Source of the DNA: Candidatus Nanosynbacter lyticus
GTDB taxonomy: Bacteria; Patescibacteriota; Saccharimonadia; Saccharimonadales; Saccharimonadaceae
Assembly (NCBI RefSeq): GCF_000803625.1
Contig: NZ_CP007496.1
Coordinates: forward strand, 1 to 32,000
Length of the DNA stretch: 32,000 bases
Direction: 5' to 3'
Part shown: piece after piece, positions 23,091 to 30,981 of the stretch
Numbering within the stretch: position 1 is the first letter of the stretch
How the letters are laid out: every line of letters begins with the position of its first letter
Position numbers and translations under genes: made by a program
The notes under the pieces: model-generated
Databases searched by the model: none
What the model was told of the DNA's origin: nothing
Seen by the model: the letters and a program-made list of their open reading frames with translations, nothing else

Positions 23091-23119
23091 ATTCTACCAC
23101 ATAAAACATGGCCAATCAA
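23091..23119 (-). promoter_or_regulatory. Promoter-like TTGATT-17-TGgTAGAAT upstream of the tRNA-Arg/tRNA-Ser/rlmH unit
   Basis: Minus-strand reading is cTTGATTggccatgttttatgtggTAGAAT. The upstream arm of a 10-bp inverted repeat (23108-23117, partner arm 23033-23042) overlaps the -35 box. Confidence 0.45.
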
Positions 23120-23120
23120 G

Positions 23121-23639
23121 CTATAGTTTTATTAAGCGAATGAGCTTTTCTAGAGCGTCTGGTTTAATTTCTTGCATTGGTAGGCGTGCACCTAACATAT
23201 CGACTATCTTCTCACCTTCTGCTTCAGAAAAATAGATAGTTAGTCCTGGGGAAAAACGCTTAACTGGCAATAATATGATGGAGTGCTGGTTGTTTTCATT
23301 TGATAATCCAAATGCACGAAATTCACTGAAATCATGTAAAACGTCAGCAATATAAACACCCTTTGGGCTAATTGCATAATTAATAATCTGAGGATTTTTG
23401 TTTGATAGGGTAAATAAGGCCACTGCCATAATAGGTAGCAAGGCAGCAAAGGTCCAGTTCTTAAATACTAGAATAGCTAAAGCTATTAGCCCAACTAGGA
23501 TAATCGCAAATATTATGTACCAAATTTTTCCACGCTGAACTTGCACTCCTTCTGGGGCGTTCCAGGCAATTGGTTCAGTTAGATCAAGTCTATCTGATGA
23601 GGTTGGTTCGAATCCCTGTTGTTCTGGATTATCATTCAT
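23121..23639 (-). CDS. Hypothetical membrane protein (TM hairpin plus C-terminal soluble domain)
   Basis: 172 aa. Two adjacent TM helices WYIIFAIILVGLIALAILVF and FAALLPIMAVALFTL. Promoter-like TTGTTC-17-TATACT (23674..23646) ends 6 nt before the ATG. Confidence 0.6.
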   Translation of the reverse strand: MNDNPEQQGFEPTSSDRLDLTEPIAWNAPEGVQVQRGKIWYIIFAIILVGLIALAILVFKNWTFAALLPIMAVALFTLSNKNPQIINYAISPKGVYIADVLHDFSEFRAFGLSNENNQHSIILLPVKRFSPGLTIYFSEAEGEKIVDMLGARLPMQEIKPDALEKLIRLIKL

Positions 23640-23674
23640 GCTGTTAGTATATCACGGCAAGAATAAGTGAACAA

Positions 23675-24082
23675 TTAAACGTTAGTGGTTGAACCGCCGC
23701 TTAATGCTGCGCCAAGGATAAAGTTAATGATAGCATAAGCAAAAACTGCGACTAGCAGACCAACAATTGCATATAAAATGGTGTTTTTAGCGTTTGTGAC
23801 TGATTCTTTCTTGCCACCAGATATGACATAGCGAAAACCGCCAAAAATTAGCATAACAACACTTAATACGCCGACTGCAAATAGCATAATATTTATGGCA
23901 CGCTTTATGATTGATGAATCGCCATTAACTAGATTGGATGGAGTATTATCCCCCCGGGCTGCACCAATACCAGCCGAAGCACCACCTTCACCAAGAGCAG
24001 ATACCGGTGTGGCTGCTAGGGCTACTCCTAATCCAATCGTAAGTAATGCCGTGACAATCTTAGAAATATATCCTTGTATCAT
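23675..24082 (-). CDS. VirB2/TrbC-like T4SS pilin paralogue P7 (orphan copy)
   Basis: Core GGFRYVISGGKKESVTNAKNTILYAIVGLLV with flanking hydrophobic helices. Signal-like ...ATPVSA/LG. The ATG at 24082 is preferred because the codons between 24100 and 24083 spell GGTATAAT (a -10 box) 6 nt upstream of it. Confidence 0.7.
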   Translation of the reverse strand: MIQGYISKIVTALLTIGLGVALAATPVSALGEGGASAGIGAARGDNTPSNLVNGDSSIIKRAINIMLFAVGVLSVVMLIFGGFRYVISGGKKESVTNAKNTILYAIVGLLVAVFAYAIINFILGAALSGGSTTNV

Positions 24083-24088
24083 AATTAC

Positions 24089-24118
24089 ATTATACCTCAT
24101 TTATCATAAAGCTGTTAA
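24089..24118 (-). promoter_or_regulatory. Promoter-like TTAACA-18-TATAAT, 6 nt upstream of the pilin P7 ATG
   Basis: Minus-strand reading is TTAACAgctttatgataaatgaggTATAATgtaattATG. Confidence 0.4.
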
Positions 24119-24154
24119 TTATTACACTTATATGATACACTAAATAGTGAATTT

Positions 24155-24247
24155 GGAGGAGTACCCAAGTGGCTGAAGGGGACGGTTTGCTAAATCGTTA
24201 GTACGGAGAGATCTGTAGCGGGAGTTCGAATCTCCCCTCCTCCGCCA
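24155..24247 (+). tRNA. tRNA-Ser (anticodon GCU), long variable arm, CCA encoded
   Basis: GGAGGAGTACCCAAGTGGCTGAAGGGG-ACGGT-TTGCTAA-ATCGT-variable arm-GGGAGTTCGAATCTCCC-CTCCTCC-GCCA. Confidence 0.9.
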
Positions 24248-24257
24248 AATCAAACCT

Positions 24258-24347
24258 GGAAGGGTGACCGAGTGGTTGAAGGTACCGGTCTTGAAAACCG
24301 GCGTGCGGTAAAACGTACCGAGGGTTCGAATCCCTCCCCTTCCGCCA
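24258..24347 (+). tRNA. tRNA-Ser (anticodon UGA), long variable arm, CCA encoded
   Basis: GGAAGGGTGACCGAGTGGTTGAAGGTA-CCGGT-CTTGAAA-ACCGG-variable arm-GAGGGTTCGAATCCCTC-CCCTTCC-GCCA. Confidence 0.9.
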
Positions 24348-24365
24348 AGATTGCAAGATGAAATG

Positions 24366-24392
24366 TTCGCCAAAACGAGGCGAATATTTTTA
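24366..24392 (+). terminator. Rho-independent terminator after the tRNA-Ser pair
   Basis: TTCGCC-aaaacga-GGCGAA followed by TATTTTTA. Confidence 0.6.
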
Positions 24393-24481
24393 TGTAGTGA
24401 AATATACTTGACAAAAAACAAATCTTATGCTAGCATAATAACCAGTATTCTAAAAAATAGATACAAAAAAGAAAGAACAAA

Positions 24482-24823
24482 ATGAATTTAGTGCAACAGT
24501 TTTTTACTGCTACAGCTATGCTAGTGAGCTTAAACGTAGCGTTTAGTATATTTATTCATGATACTAACATTGATAAGGCATTTTTATCATCTTGGAAAAT
24601 GTATAGTGTTCATGGTGATGTTGAGAGTGACGGAAAAATGCCGGAAACTAATCCACACACCCATCCAGAACACTCAGATCTGTCTAATGTATTAAAGGAG
24701 AGCTCAGCGCGTCCACGGACCACGCCTCGTAACAACGATAAAAAGCGACTGCGTCAAAAATATGCTGCTCGCGGACAACATACTTTTGATGGATATCACC
24801 TTGATCTTGACGCTGTAAGCTAG
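24482..24823 (+). CDS. Hypothetical small protein (N-terminal hydrophobic segment, basic C-terminus)
   Basis: 113-aa ORF preceded by promoter-like TTGACA(24408-24413)-17-TAGCAT. No recognisable domain. Ends 1 nt before the convergent valS stop. Confidence 0.4.
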   Translation: MNLVQQFFTATAMLVSLNVAFSIFIHDTNIDKAFLSSWKMYSVHGDVESDGKMPETNPHTHPEHSDLSNVLKESSARPRTTPRNNDKKRLRQKYAARGQHTFDGYHLDLDAVS

Positions 24824-24824
24824 A

Positions 24825-27392
24825 CTATTTCAAGCTAATTACTTCTAATTCTGAAACCAGCCGAGCAATGATTTTTTCCTGCTCGGCTAATTGTTCGCGA
24901 GTTTCCTCAACAAGGTGTGTTGGGGCTTTCTCAATGTAAGTTGGGTTGTCTAGTCGTTTCTGTAATCCTGACAATTTTTGGCGTGCTTCTGCTAATCTAA
25001 CCTCAAGATTTTCCTGATGCTGATATAGAGTTTCGCTATCAATATCCAGCCACGCTTCCCTGTTTGCCGCAGCTAAACGAAGGCCACGCGGCTGATCTGT
25101 ATGTTCGACTGACTCGAGGCGCATCAGATGTTTAATAGTGTCCTGGTTATCAGAAATTAGACTGTCGTTACCGTATAATAATCGATATTTTTTATTACCT
25201 GGCAATTCAGCAATCACCCAGCGGCCCTCGGTAACTAGTGTCTTTAACTGTTCGAATTGCTCAGCGGCAATTGGGTCAAATTTTTCTGGAGTCGGCCAAG
25301 TTTCACGCATTAAGATTCCATCGGTATAGTTAAGAGTTTGCCAAATTGTTTCCGTAACAAACGGCGCAAATGGGTGTGCAATTTTTAGAGAAGTCGCCAG
25401 TACCCATGATAATAGTGGGCGGTTAATTGAAGTTTTAGATGATTCGATATACCAGTCGGCTACGTCGTCCCAAATGGTATGGTAAACCGTTTCTGATGCT
25501 TCAGAAAAACGATACTGCTCTAGTCGAATGGCCACGTTATTGGCAGCGTCATTTAATTGACGAATAATCCAGTGGTCGGCCAGAGTTTGTGGCTCCAGCT
25601 CGACAATTTGATGATTATCGCCAATTTGTGCCTCAACAAATCGGGCTATATTCCAGAGTTTATTGCAGAAATTACGTGCAGCAATAACCGAACCTTTATT
25701 AAAGGCCTGATGTTGGGCTGGGGCGCGACCAGCGATAATTCCCATGCGCGTGGCATCTGAGCCAAATTCAGCCACCAACTCCATTGGATTAATAACGTTG
25801 CCTTTGGACTTAGACATTTTTTGGTTATGCTCATCATTAACCATGCCGTGTAGATAAACCTCTTTGAAAGGTAGTTTACCTGTACGATATAGACTCAACA
25901 TAATCATTCGAGATACCCAAGCGCGCATGATGTCCATGCCTGTTTCCATCAGGCTGGTTGGGAAATATTTGGCTAGTTCCCCGTCGCCTAAATAGTCAGT
26001 TACTACATATGGCCATTGACCGGATGAGAACCAGGTGTCGAAGGTGTCTTCTTCTCTAATATATGTTGTGTTATTCACAACAATCTTCTGTTCATTAGTA
26101 CGAGTGTCGAATATCCAATCTTTAGGATTATTTTCATTAACAAATGCTGGAATTGGAATTCCCCACGGGATTTGACGCGAGATATTCCAGTCCTTTAGCT
26201 GTTTGAGATATGAGATAAGCTCGCGGCTTTTAGAGGCGGGATAAAAAGTAACTTCTCCCCTTTCAAGCGCATCAATTGCTGGTTTGGCCAAAGGCTCCAT
26301 TTTAATAAACCATTGCTCCTTAACCATTGGTTCAATAACGCTACCACATTTATAACAATGACCGACAGCATGCTCAATATTGCTTTCACCGCGGCGCAAT
26401 TCCAGTGCGTCTAGGGCTTCTAAAACTCGAGCACGGGCTTCTTCTGGGGTTAACCCTAAGAATTGTGCAGGAACATTTATCATCTTGCCTGCTTGGCTAA
26501 TGATTGACTCTAAAGGCAAATCGTGTCGTTTGGCAATTTCAAAATCGTTCGGATCGTGGGCTGGAGTAATCTTAACCGCGCCAGTGCCATAACTCATATC
26601 AACGTATTCGTCTGCAATAATTGGAATTTCTTTATCAATAATTGGTAATAAAATACGTGTACCAATGAGGTGCTTGTATCTTTCGTCATCTGGGTGGACT
26701 GCTACTGCTACGTCGCCAAGCATAGTTTCGGGGCGAGTGGTAGCCACGATAATCTCGCCAATTTTGTCCAATGTTGGGTAAGCTATTTGCCATAACTTCC
26801 CCTTTTCATTCTTATGTTCTACTTCAATATCAGCGAAACTAGTTTGGTGTTTAGTGCAGTAATTAACGATGCGCTCACCTCTGTAGATTAGATCATCATC
26901 CCACATCTTTTTGAAGGTGTCATATACAGTGCTAATAACTTTATTATCCAAGGTAAACGTTAGATGTTTCCAAGAAGCACTAATACCTAGAGCGCGCAGT
27001 TGTAGTTCCATATTACCGCGCTTTTCTTGGACGAAATTCCAGACTTGGCTATAGAGCTGATCTCGAGAAAAATCAAACCGGCTCTTCCCTTGCTTGGTCA
27101 ATTCCCTCTCATACACTACCCAAGTCTCGAAGCCAGCATGATCGGCACCAGGAATAAATATCGCATCATCACCCTTCATACGGTGATAGCGGATCATAAT
27201 GTCCTTCAAATTCATATCCAAGGCGTGGCCTATATGTAAATTACCATTAGCGTTAGGCGGCGGCATAACTATAGAATATGGCTTACCTAACCCTGTCGGC
27301 TCTAGAGCGCCACTAGTTTCCCACATGGCATAAATGTTTGGTTCGTAATCATTTGGTATGTATTGTTTGGCTAGCTGCATAAGTAATTCCAT
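24825..27392 (-). CDS. valS: Valine--tRNA ligase
   Basis: 855 aa. HIGH motif PPPNANGNLHIGHAL and KMSKS motif QKMSKSKGN. Editing-domain-sized insertion and a C-terminal coiled coil. An alternative ATG lies at 27380. Confidence 0.95.
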   Translation of the reverse strand: MELLMQLAKQYIPNDYEPNIYAMWETSGALEPTGLGKPYSIVMPPPNANGNLHIGHALDMNLKDIMIRYHRMKGDDAIFIPGADHAGFETWVVYERELTKQGKSRFDFSRDQLYSQVWNFVQEKRGNMELQLRALGISASWKHLTFTLDNKVISTVYDTFKKMWDDDLIYRGERIVNYCTKHQTSFADIEVEHKNEKGKLWQIAYPTLDKIGEIIVATTRPETMLGDVAVAVHPDDERYKHLIGTRILLPIIDKEIPIIADEYVDMSYGTGAVKITPAHDPNDFEIAKRHDLPLESIISQAGKMINVPAQFLGLTPEEARARVLEALDALELRRGESNIEHAVGHCYKCGSVIEPMVKEQWFIKMEPLAKPAIDALERGEVTFYPASKSRELISYLKQLKDWNISRQIPWGIPIPAFVNENNPKDWIFDTRTNEQKIVVNNTTYIREEDTFDTWFSSGQWPYVVTDYLGDGELAKYFPTSLMETGMDIMRAWVSRMIMLSLYRTGKLPFKEVYLHGMVNDEHNQKMSKSKGNVINPMELVAEFGSDATRMGIIAGRAPAQHQAFNKGSVIAARNFCNKLWNIARFVEAQIGDNHQIVELEPQTLADHWIIRQLNDAANNVAIRLEQYRFSEASETVYHTIWDDVADWYIESSKTSINRPLLSWVLATSLKIAHPFAPFVTETIWQTLNYTDGILMRETWPTPEKFDPIAAEQFEQLKTLVTEGRWVIAELPGNKKYRLLYGNDSLISDNQDTIKHLMRLESVEHTDQPRGLRLAAANREAWLDIDSETLYQHQENLEVRLAEARQKLSGLQKRLDNPTYIEKAPTHLVEETREQLAEQEKIIARLVSELEVISLK

Positions 27393-27544
27393 GGTTTTTT
27401 CATGTGAAAAAAAGACAAAAGTAAATACAAGTACTTTTCACGTGTAAAAGCTTGCATTTATAGTATCCTTAATTTTCTCCATATGTTTATATTACATCTC
27501 AATTATATCACATATTTTATGTGGCACAGCCAAGTAGGATGGGG

Positions 27545-28471
27545 CTATTTTTTAATGGTTTGGTAAGCTCTATATAACCAATATTGAAGCGGTTTTAATG
27601 GCAACTCCCAAGTTGCACCGGAATAGATGTCTTCGCCGCCAAACGATCGCTTAAACTTTGTAAAGCCAGCCCAGGGGTGATTTTTTGGCGCACTTTCTGG
27701 GGTGATTCCATATAAATCAACCTGATCCATCTGGCGATGTTTTGCGTCGATAATAGCTTCGGTAAGCAGGGCAGTGCTGGCATTAAGTTTGCGATATTCT
27801 GGCGTAGAGTCTGCCGCCGCATGTGCATAAATTCGAGTTGTTTTTGAGTCAAAAAACAGGGCAGTAGCAATTATTTTATCGTTACACTTTGCGTACCAAA
27901 ACGAAGCGTCTTTGGATGGTAATAGGGAACTGGCTTGTTTATGGAAATATGAATCTGGATGTGGCGACATGCCGGTTCTTTTGGCAACTTCATGGATTAG
28001 TTCAAGAAAATATTTGATATCTTCTGGATTTTGAGATTGGTGAATGGTAACGCCCTTTTTGTGATAATTTCGATAGCAATTTCTGACAGGTTGCGCCATG
28101 TTAGCTATAATCTCGTCTTCTGACTGATGGAGATCAATAACATGAGTATGTTCTGGCTGTAGATGAACGTAAGTGGCTTTTTTCCATGATTCATTATGTA
28201 GTGTCGTAGTGAAATTTGGATTAATTGGCCCAATTCTAAGAAATGTCACGCTGAGTTTTTTACCTAGGCTGGTGAGGTCTTGCAGGGCTAATTGTAATTT
28301 TTCTTCATTGATGGCAGTTGGACCAAAAGGGCAATATAATCTAGAATTGCCCGTGCCATGTTCTAATATAGCAAAATACTCCCAACCATCACCTCTGTTG
28401 TGAAAGACTTTTCGACCGAGTGATTTTTGGAATTGCTCCCAGGCTGTTGATTGTAAAAAATGTTGATTCAT
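27545..28471 (-). CDS. FemAB-family peptidoglycan interpeptide-bridge aminoacyltransferase (FemX-like)
   Basis: 308 aa. N-terminus FLQSTAWEQFQKSLGRK and overall length are typical of lipid II:aminoacyl transferases of the FemABX family. The aminoacyl substrate is not inferable from sequence. Confidence 0.7.
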   Translation of the reverse strand: MNQHFLQSTAWEQFQKSLGRKVFHNRGDGWEYFAILEHGTGNSRLYCPFGPTAINEEKLQLALQDLTSLGKKLSVTFLRIGPINPNFTTTLHNESWKKATYVHLQPEHTHVIDLHQSEDEIIANMAQPVRNCYRNYHKKGVTIHQSQNPEDIKYFLELIHEVAKRTGMSPHPDSYFHKQASSLLPSKDASFWYAKCNDKIIATALFFDSKTTRIYAHAAADSTPEYRKLNASTALLTEAIIDAKHRQMDQVDLYGITPESAPKNHPWAGFTKFKRSFGGEDIYSGATWELPLKPLQYWLYRAYQTIKK

Positions 28472-28489
28472 GTTGTAATCCTCACAACG

Positions 28490-29560
28490 TTATACTACTG
28501 TCATTGATAAACTTGGCTGTACTTCCAGGTCGTACGGGTTAGCGGGCTGGTCAATTTGAGCACGGTAATAGCCGAGCGTAGCGATCATGGCGGCGTTATC
28601 GGTGCAGAGCTGAATAGGGGTGTATTCGATTTCAATTGGTAGAGATTCGCGTAGCTGGCGACGTAGTTCTTGATTAGCGGCAACACCACCAGCAATGACG
28701 ACGGAAGCTGGCTGAAAATTGTCAAAAGCTTTTTTGGTTTTGTCTATGAGAGTTTTGATGGCGGTGTATTGGAAGCTGGCTGCCATATTATGCCTTAATT
28801 CATCGTCTACAAGCCCTGGAAGCTCGTGTGAAGGAAAAGTAAAGTCTTTTCCAACTTCTCGCTGAACGGCTCTTAAAACGGCTGTCTTAAGGCCAGAGAA
28901 GGAAAAGTCGTATTCGCCTGATAATTTCGCAATAGGTAGCTGAAAAGCATGTGGATCTCCGAGTTCGGCCGCTTTAGCAATAGCTGGGCCACCAGGATAA
29001 GGTAAACCAATGATTTTAGCGACTTTATCAAAAGCCTCGCCGATGGCGTCGTCTTGAGTTTGACCGATGAGTTGATAATCGCCATGATTCTTAAAGAGAA
29101 CAAGTTGCGAATGCCCGCCAGAGACAATCAATGAGAGCAGGGGGAATAACGGTTGTTTTTTTGGTAATGATAGGGATAAGTCTCCAGATTGTTGATTGAT
29201 AAAATTAGCGTATACATGAGCCTCAACGTGGTGTATTTTATAAAGCGGTTTATGGTGGATAATAGCGAGAGTGCGGGCAGCGAGCGTGCCGATCAGTAAC
29301 GAACCAATGAGCCCCGGTGCATAAGTAACAGCGATGGCGTCAATATCATCCCAGGTGCAATTTGCGTCAGACAAAGCTTTTTTAATGACAGGATTTATGA
29401 CTTCCAAATGACTACGTGCGGCAATTTCTGGAATAACTCCGCCGTATTCGGCATGAATATCGATTTGTGAATTGACGACGTTTGAAAGCAAACGTTCGCC
29501 ATCTTCAACTATTGACGCCGCTGTTTCGTCGCAACTGGATTCGATTCCCAAAATCCTCAT
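28490..29560 (-). CDS. tsaD: tRNA N6-adenosine threonylcarbamoyltransferase TsaD
   Basis: MRILGIESSCDETAASIV start. HxxxH metal site IHHVEAHVY. GGVAAN motif near the C-terminus. Confidence 0.93.
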   Translation of the reverse strand: MRILGIESSCDETAASIVEDGERLLSNVVNSQIDIHAEYGGVIPEIAARSHLEVINPVIKKALSDANCTWDDIDAIAVTYAPGLIGSLLIGTLAARTLAIIHHKPLYKIHHVEAHVYANFINQQSGDLSLSLPKKQPLFPLLSLIVSGGHSQLVLFKNHGDYQLIGQTQDDAIGEAFDKVAKIIGLPYPGGPAIAKAAELGDPHAFQLPIAKLSGEYDFSFSGLKTAVLRAVQREVGKDFTFPSHELPGLVDDELRHNMAASFQYTAIKTLIDKTKKAFDNFQPASVVIAGGVAANQELRRQLRESLPIEIEYTPIQLCTDNAAMIATLGYYRAQIDQPANPYDLEVQPSLSMTVV

Positions 29561-29592
29561 TTGTTTTTATTATAGCAAATATAAGTGGTAAA

Positions 29593-30900
29593 ATGGGTAT
29601 TATGAAAAACGAGTTGGTAAAAATTGCTAGAAAAACGCTACCTCAAGGAGCTTTGGAAAAAACAGAAAATGCCTATCGGATTGCGCGGACGAAGATGATT
29701 AGCCTAAGATATGGCAATCCAGCTCGTGGCTTGAGAATTATTGCAGTAACAGGGACGAACGGGAAAACTACGACTGCTTGTTATATTAATGAAATTTTGA
29801 AAGAGGCTGGCTTTAAGACGGCATTGTTTACGACGGCAGTGATTGAAATTGCTGGTGAAGAGAAGATAAATGATTTGAATGCAACTGTCCCAACTGTAGC
29901 GAGGCTGTTTAGTTTTTTCCAGACAGCTCAGCGTGAAGGTGTCGAATACGTGATTTTAGAGGCGACTAGCCATGCATTATCTCAGCATAAGTTTGATGGC
30001 GTGCCAATTGAGGCGGCGGTGATGACTAACTTGACTCAAGATCACCTGGATTACCATAAAACAATGGAAGAGTATGCAGAGGCAAAGGCTAAATTATTTG
30101 AAAAGCAGCCAAAATATATCGTGTTAAATCGCGATGATAAGTGGTTTGAATATTTCAATAAGTTTAATGCTTCTGGCGAAAAGATGACGTACGGTGTGAG
30201 TCCGGAGGCCGAGGCTCGGATAACACACATTAAGCTTTATAAAAAGGGCACTGAAGCAAGTTTGCTCATTGACCATCAGACCCATTTGGAGTTGGCGACT
30301 AATTTACCTGGTGAATTTAATGTACTTAATATGTCAGCGGCAGTGTCTTTGGCGTATTTGCTCGGTATAAAGCTAGAAGATATTCAAGAAGGCGTGGCAA
30401 ATCTGGAGACGATTCCAGGGCGTTTTGAGCGAGTGGATAATAAGCGCGGAATTGATATTATCGTGGATTATGCGCACACGCCAGATGCATTGGAGAAATT
30501 GTTAAAAACGACACGGAGAATTGCTAAAGGGAGATTATTCTTAGTCTTCGGCGCGTGTGGTGACCGAGATAAAACAAAGCGACCAATTATGGGAGAGCTG
30601 GCGGCTAATTTGGCGGATAGAATTTTTCTAACAGACGAAGAGAGCTATAGTGAGAATCCAGATGATATTCGGGCAATGATTCGACAGGGAATTGAGCGAA
30701 CAAAGAAGGTTCATAAGATGACGGAAATTGCTGATCGAAAACAAGCGATTTATCAGGCACTAAAATCAGCCGTACGTGGCGATACGGTTCTAATTACCGG
30801 TATGGGTCATGAGCAGTATCGAATTGTTAACGGTAAGCGAATTCCGTGGAATGATAAGACGGTTGTAAAAGAAGTTCTCGGGATAGAGAAAAATAAATAA
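29593..30900 (+). CDS. murE: Mur ligase, MurE-like (UDP-MurNAc-L-Ala-D-Glu:amino acid ligase)
   Basis: P-loop VTGTNGKTTT. EATSHALSQHKF, TNLTQDHLDYH and AEAKAKLF (carbamyl-Lys region) motifs. The ATG at 29593 (or 29602) is preferred because the ORF-track start at 29482 overlaps tsaD. Confidence 0.85.
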   Translation: MGIMKNELVKIARKTLPQGALEKTENAYRIARTKMISLRYGNPARGLRIIAVTGTNGKTTTACYINEILKEAGFKTALFTTAVIEIAGEEKINDLNATVPTVARLFSFFQTAQREGVEYVILEATSHALSQHKFDGVPIEAAVMTNLTQDHLDYHKTMEEYAEAKAKLFEKQPKYIVLNRDDKWFEYFNKFNASGEKMTYGVSPEAEARITHIKLYKKGTEASLLIDHQTHLELATNLPGEFNVLNMSAAVSLAYLLGIKLEDIQEGVANLETIPGRFERVDNKRGIDIIVDYAHTPDALEKLLKTTRRIAKGRLFLVFGACGDRDKTKRPIMGELAANLADRIFLTDEESYSENPDDIRAMIRQGIERTKKVHKMTEIADRKQAIYQALKSAVRGDTVLITGMGHEQYRIVNGKRIPWNDKTVVKEVLGIEKNK

Positions 30901-30981
30901 TTCGGCCAACTATTTATCAAGCTTTTATGAACAGTTAATGATATCTGTCGGTCTATCGATTGGATAGTGAATTAATTAAAA

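Noticed and set aside
22935-23126. 63-aa ORF (and the 93-aa ORF at 24140-24421) overlapping tRNA genes
   Set aside because: Both are translations of the strand complementary to clear cloverleaf tRNAs and have no independent support.
29482-29592. Upstream extension of murE overlapping the tsaD 5' end
   Set aside because: The extension is basic and hydrophobic junk (MKANVRHLQLLTPLFRRNWIRF...) antisense to the conserved tsaD N-terminus. MurE homology begins after the Met at 29593/29602.
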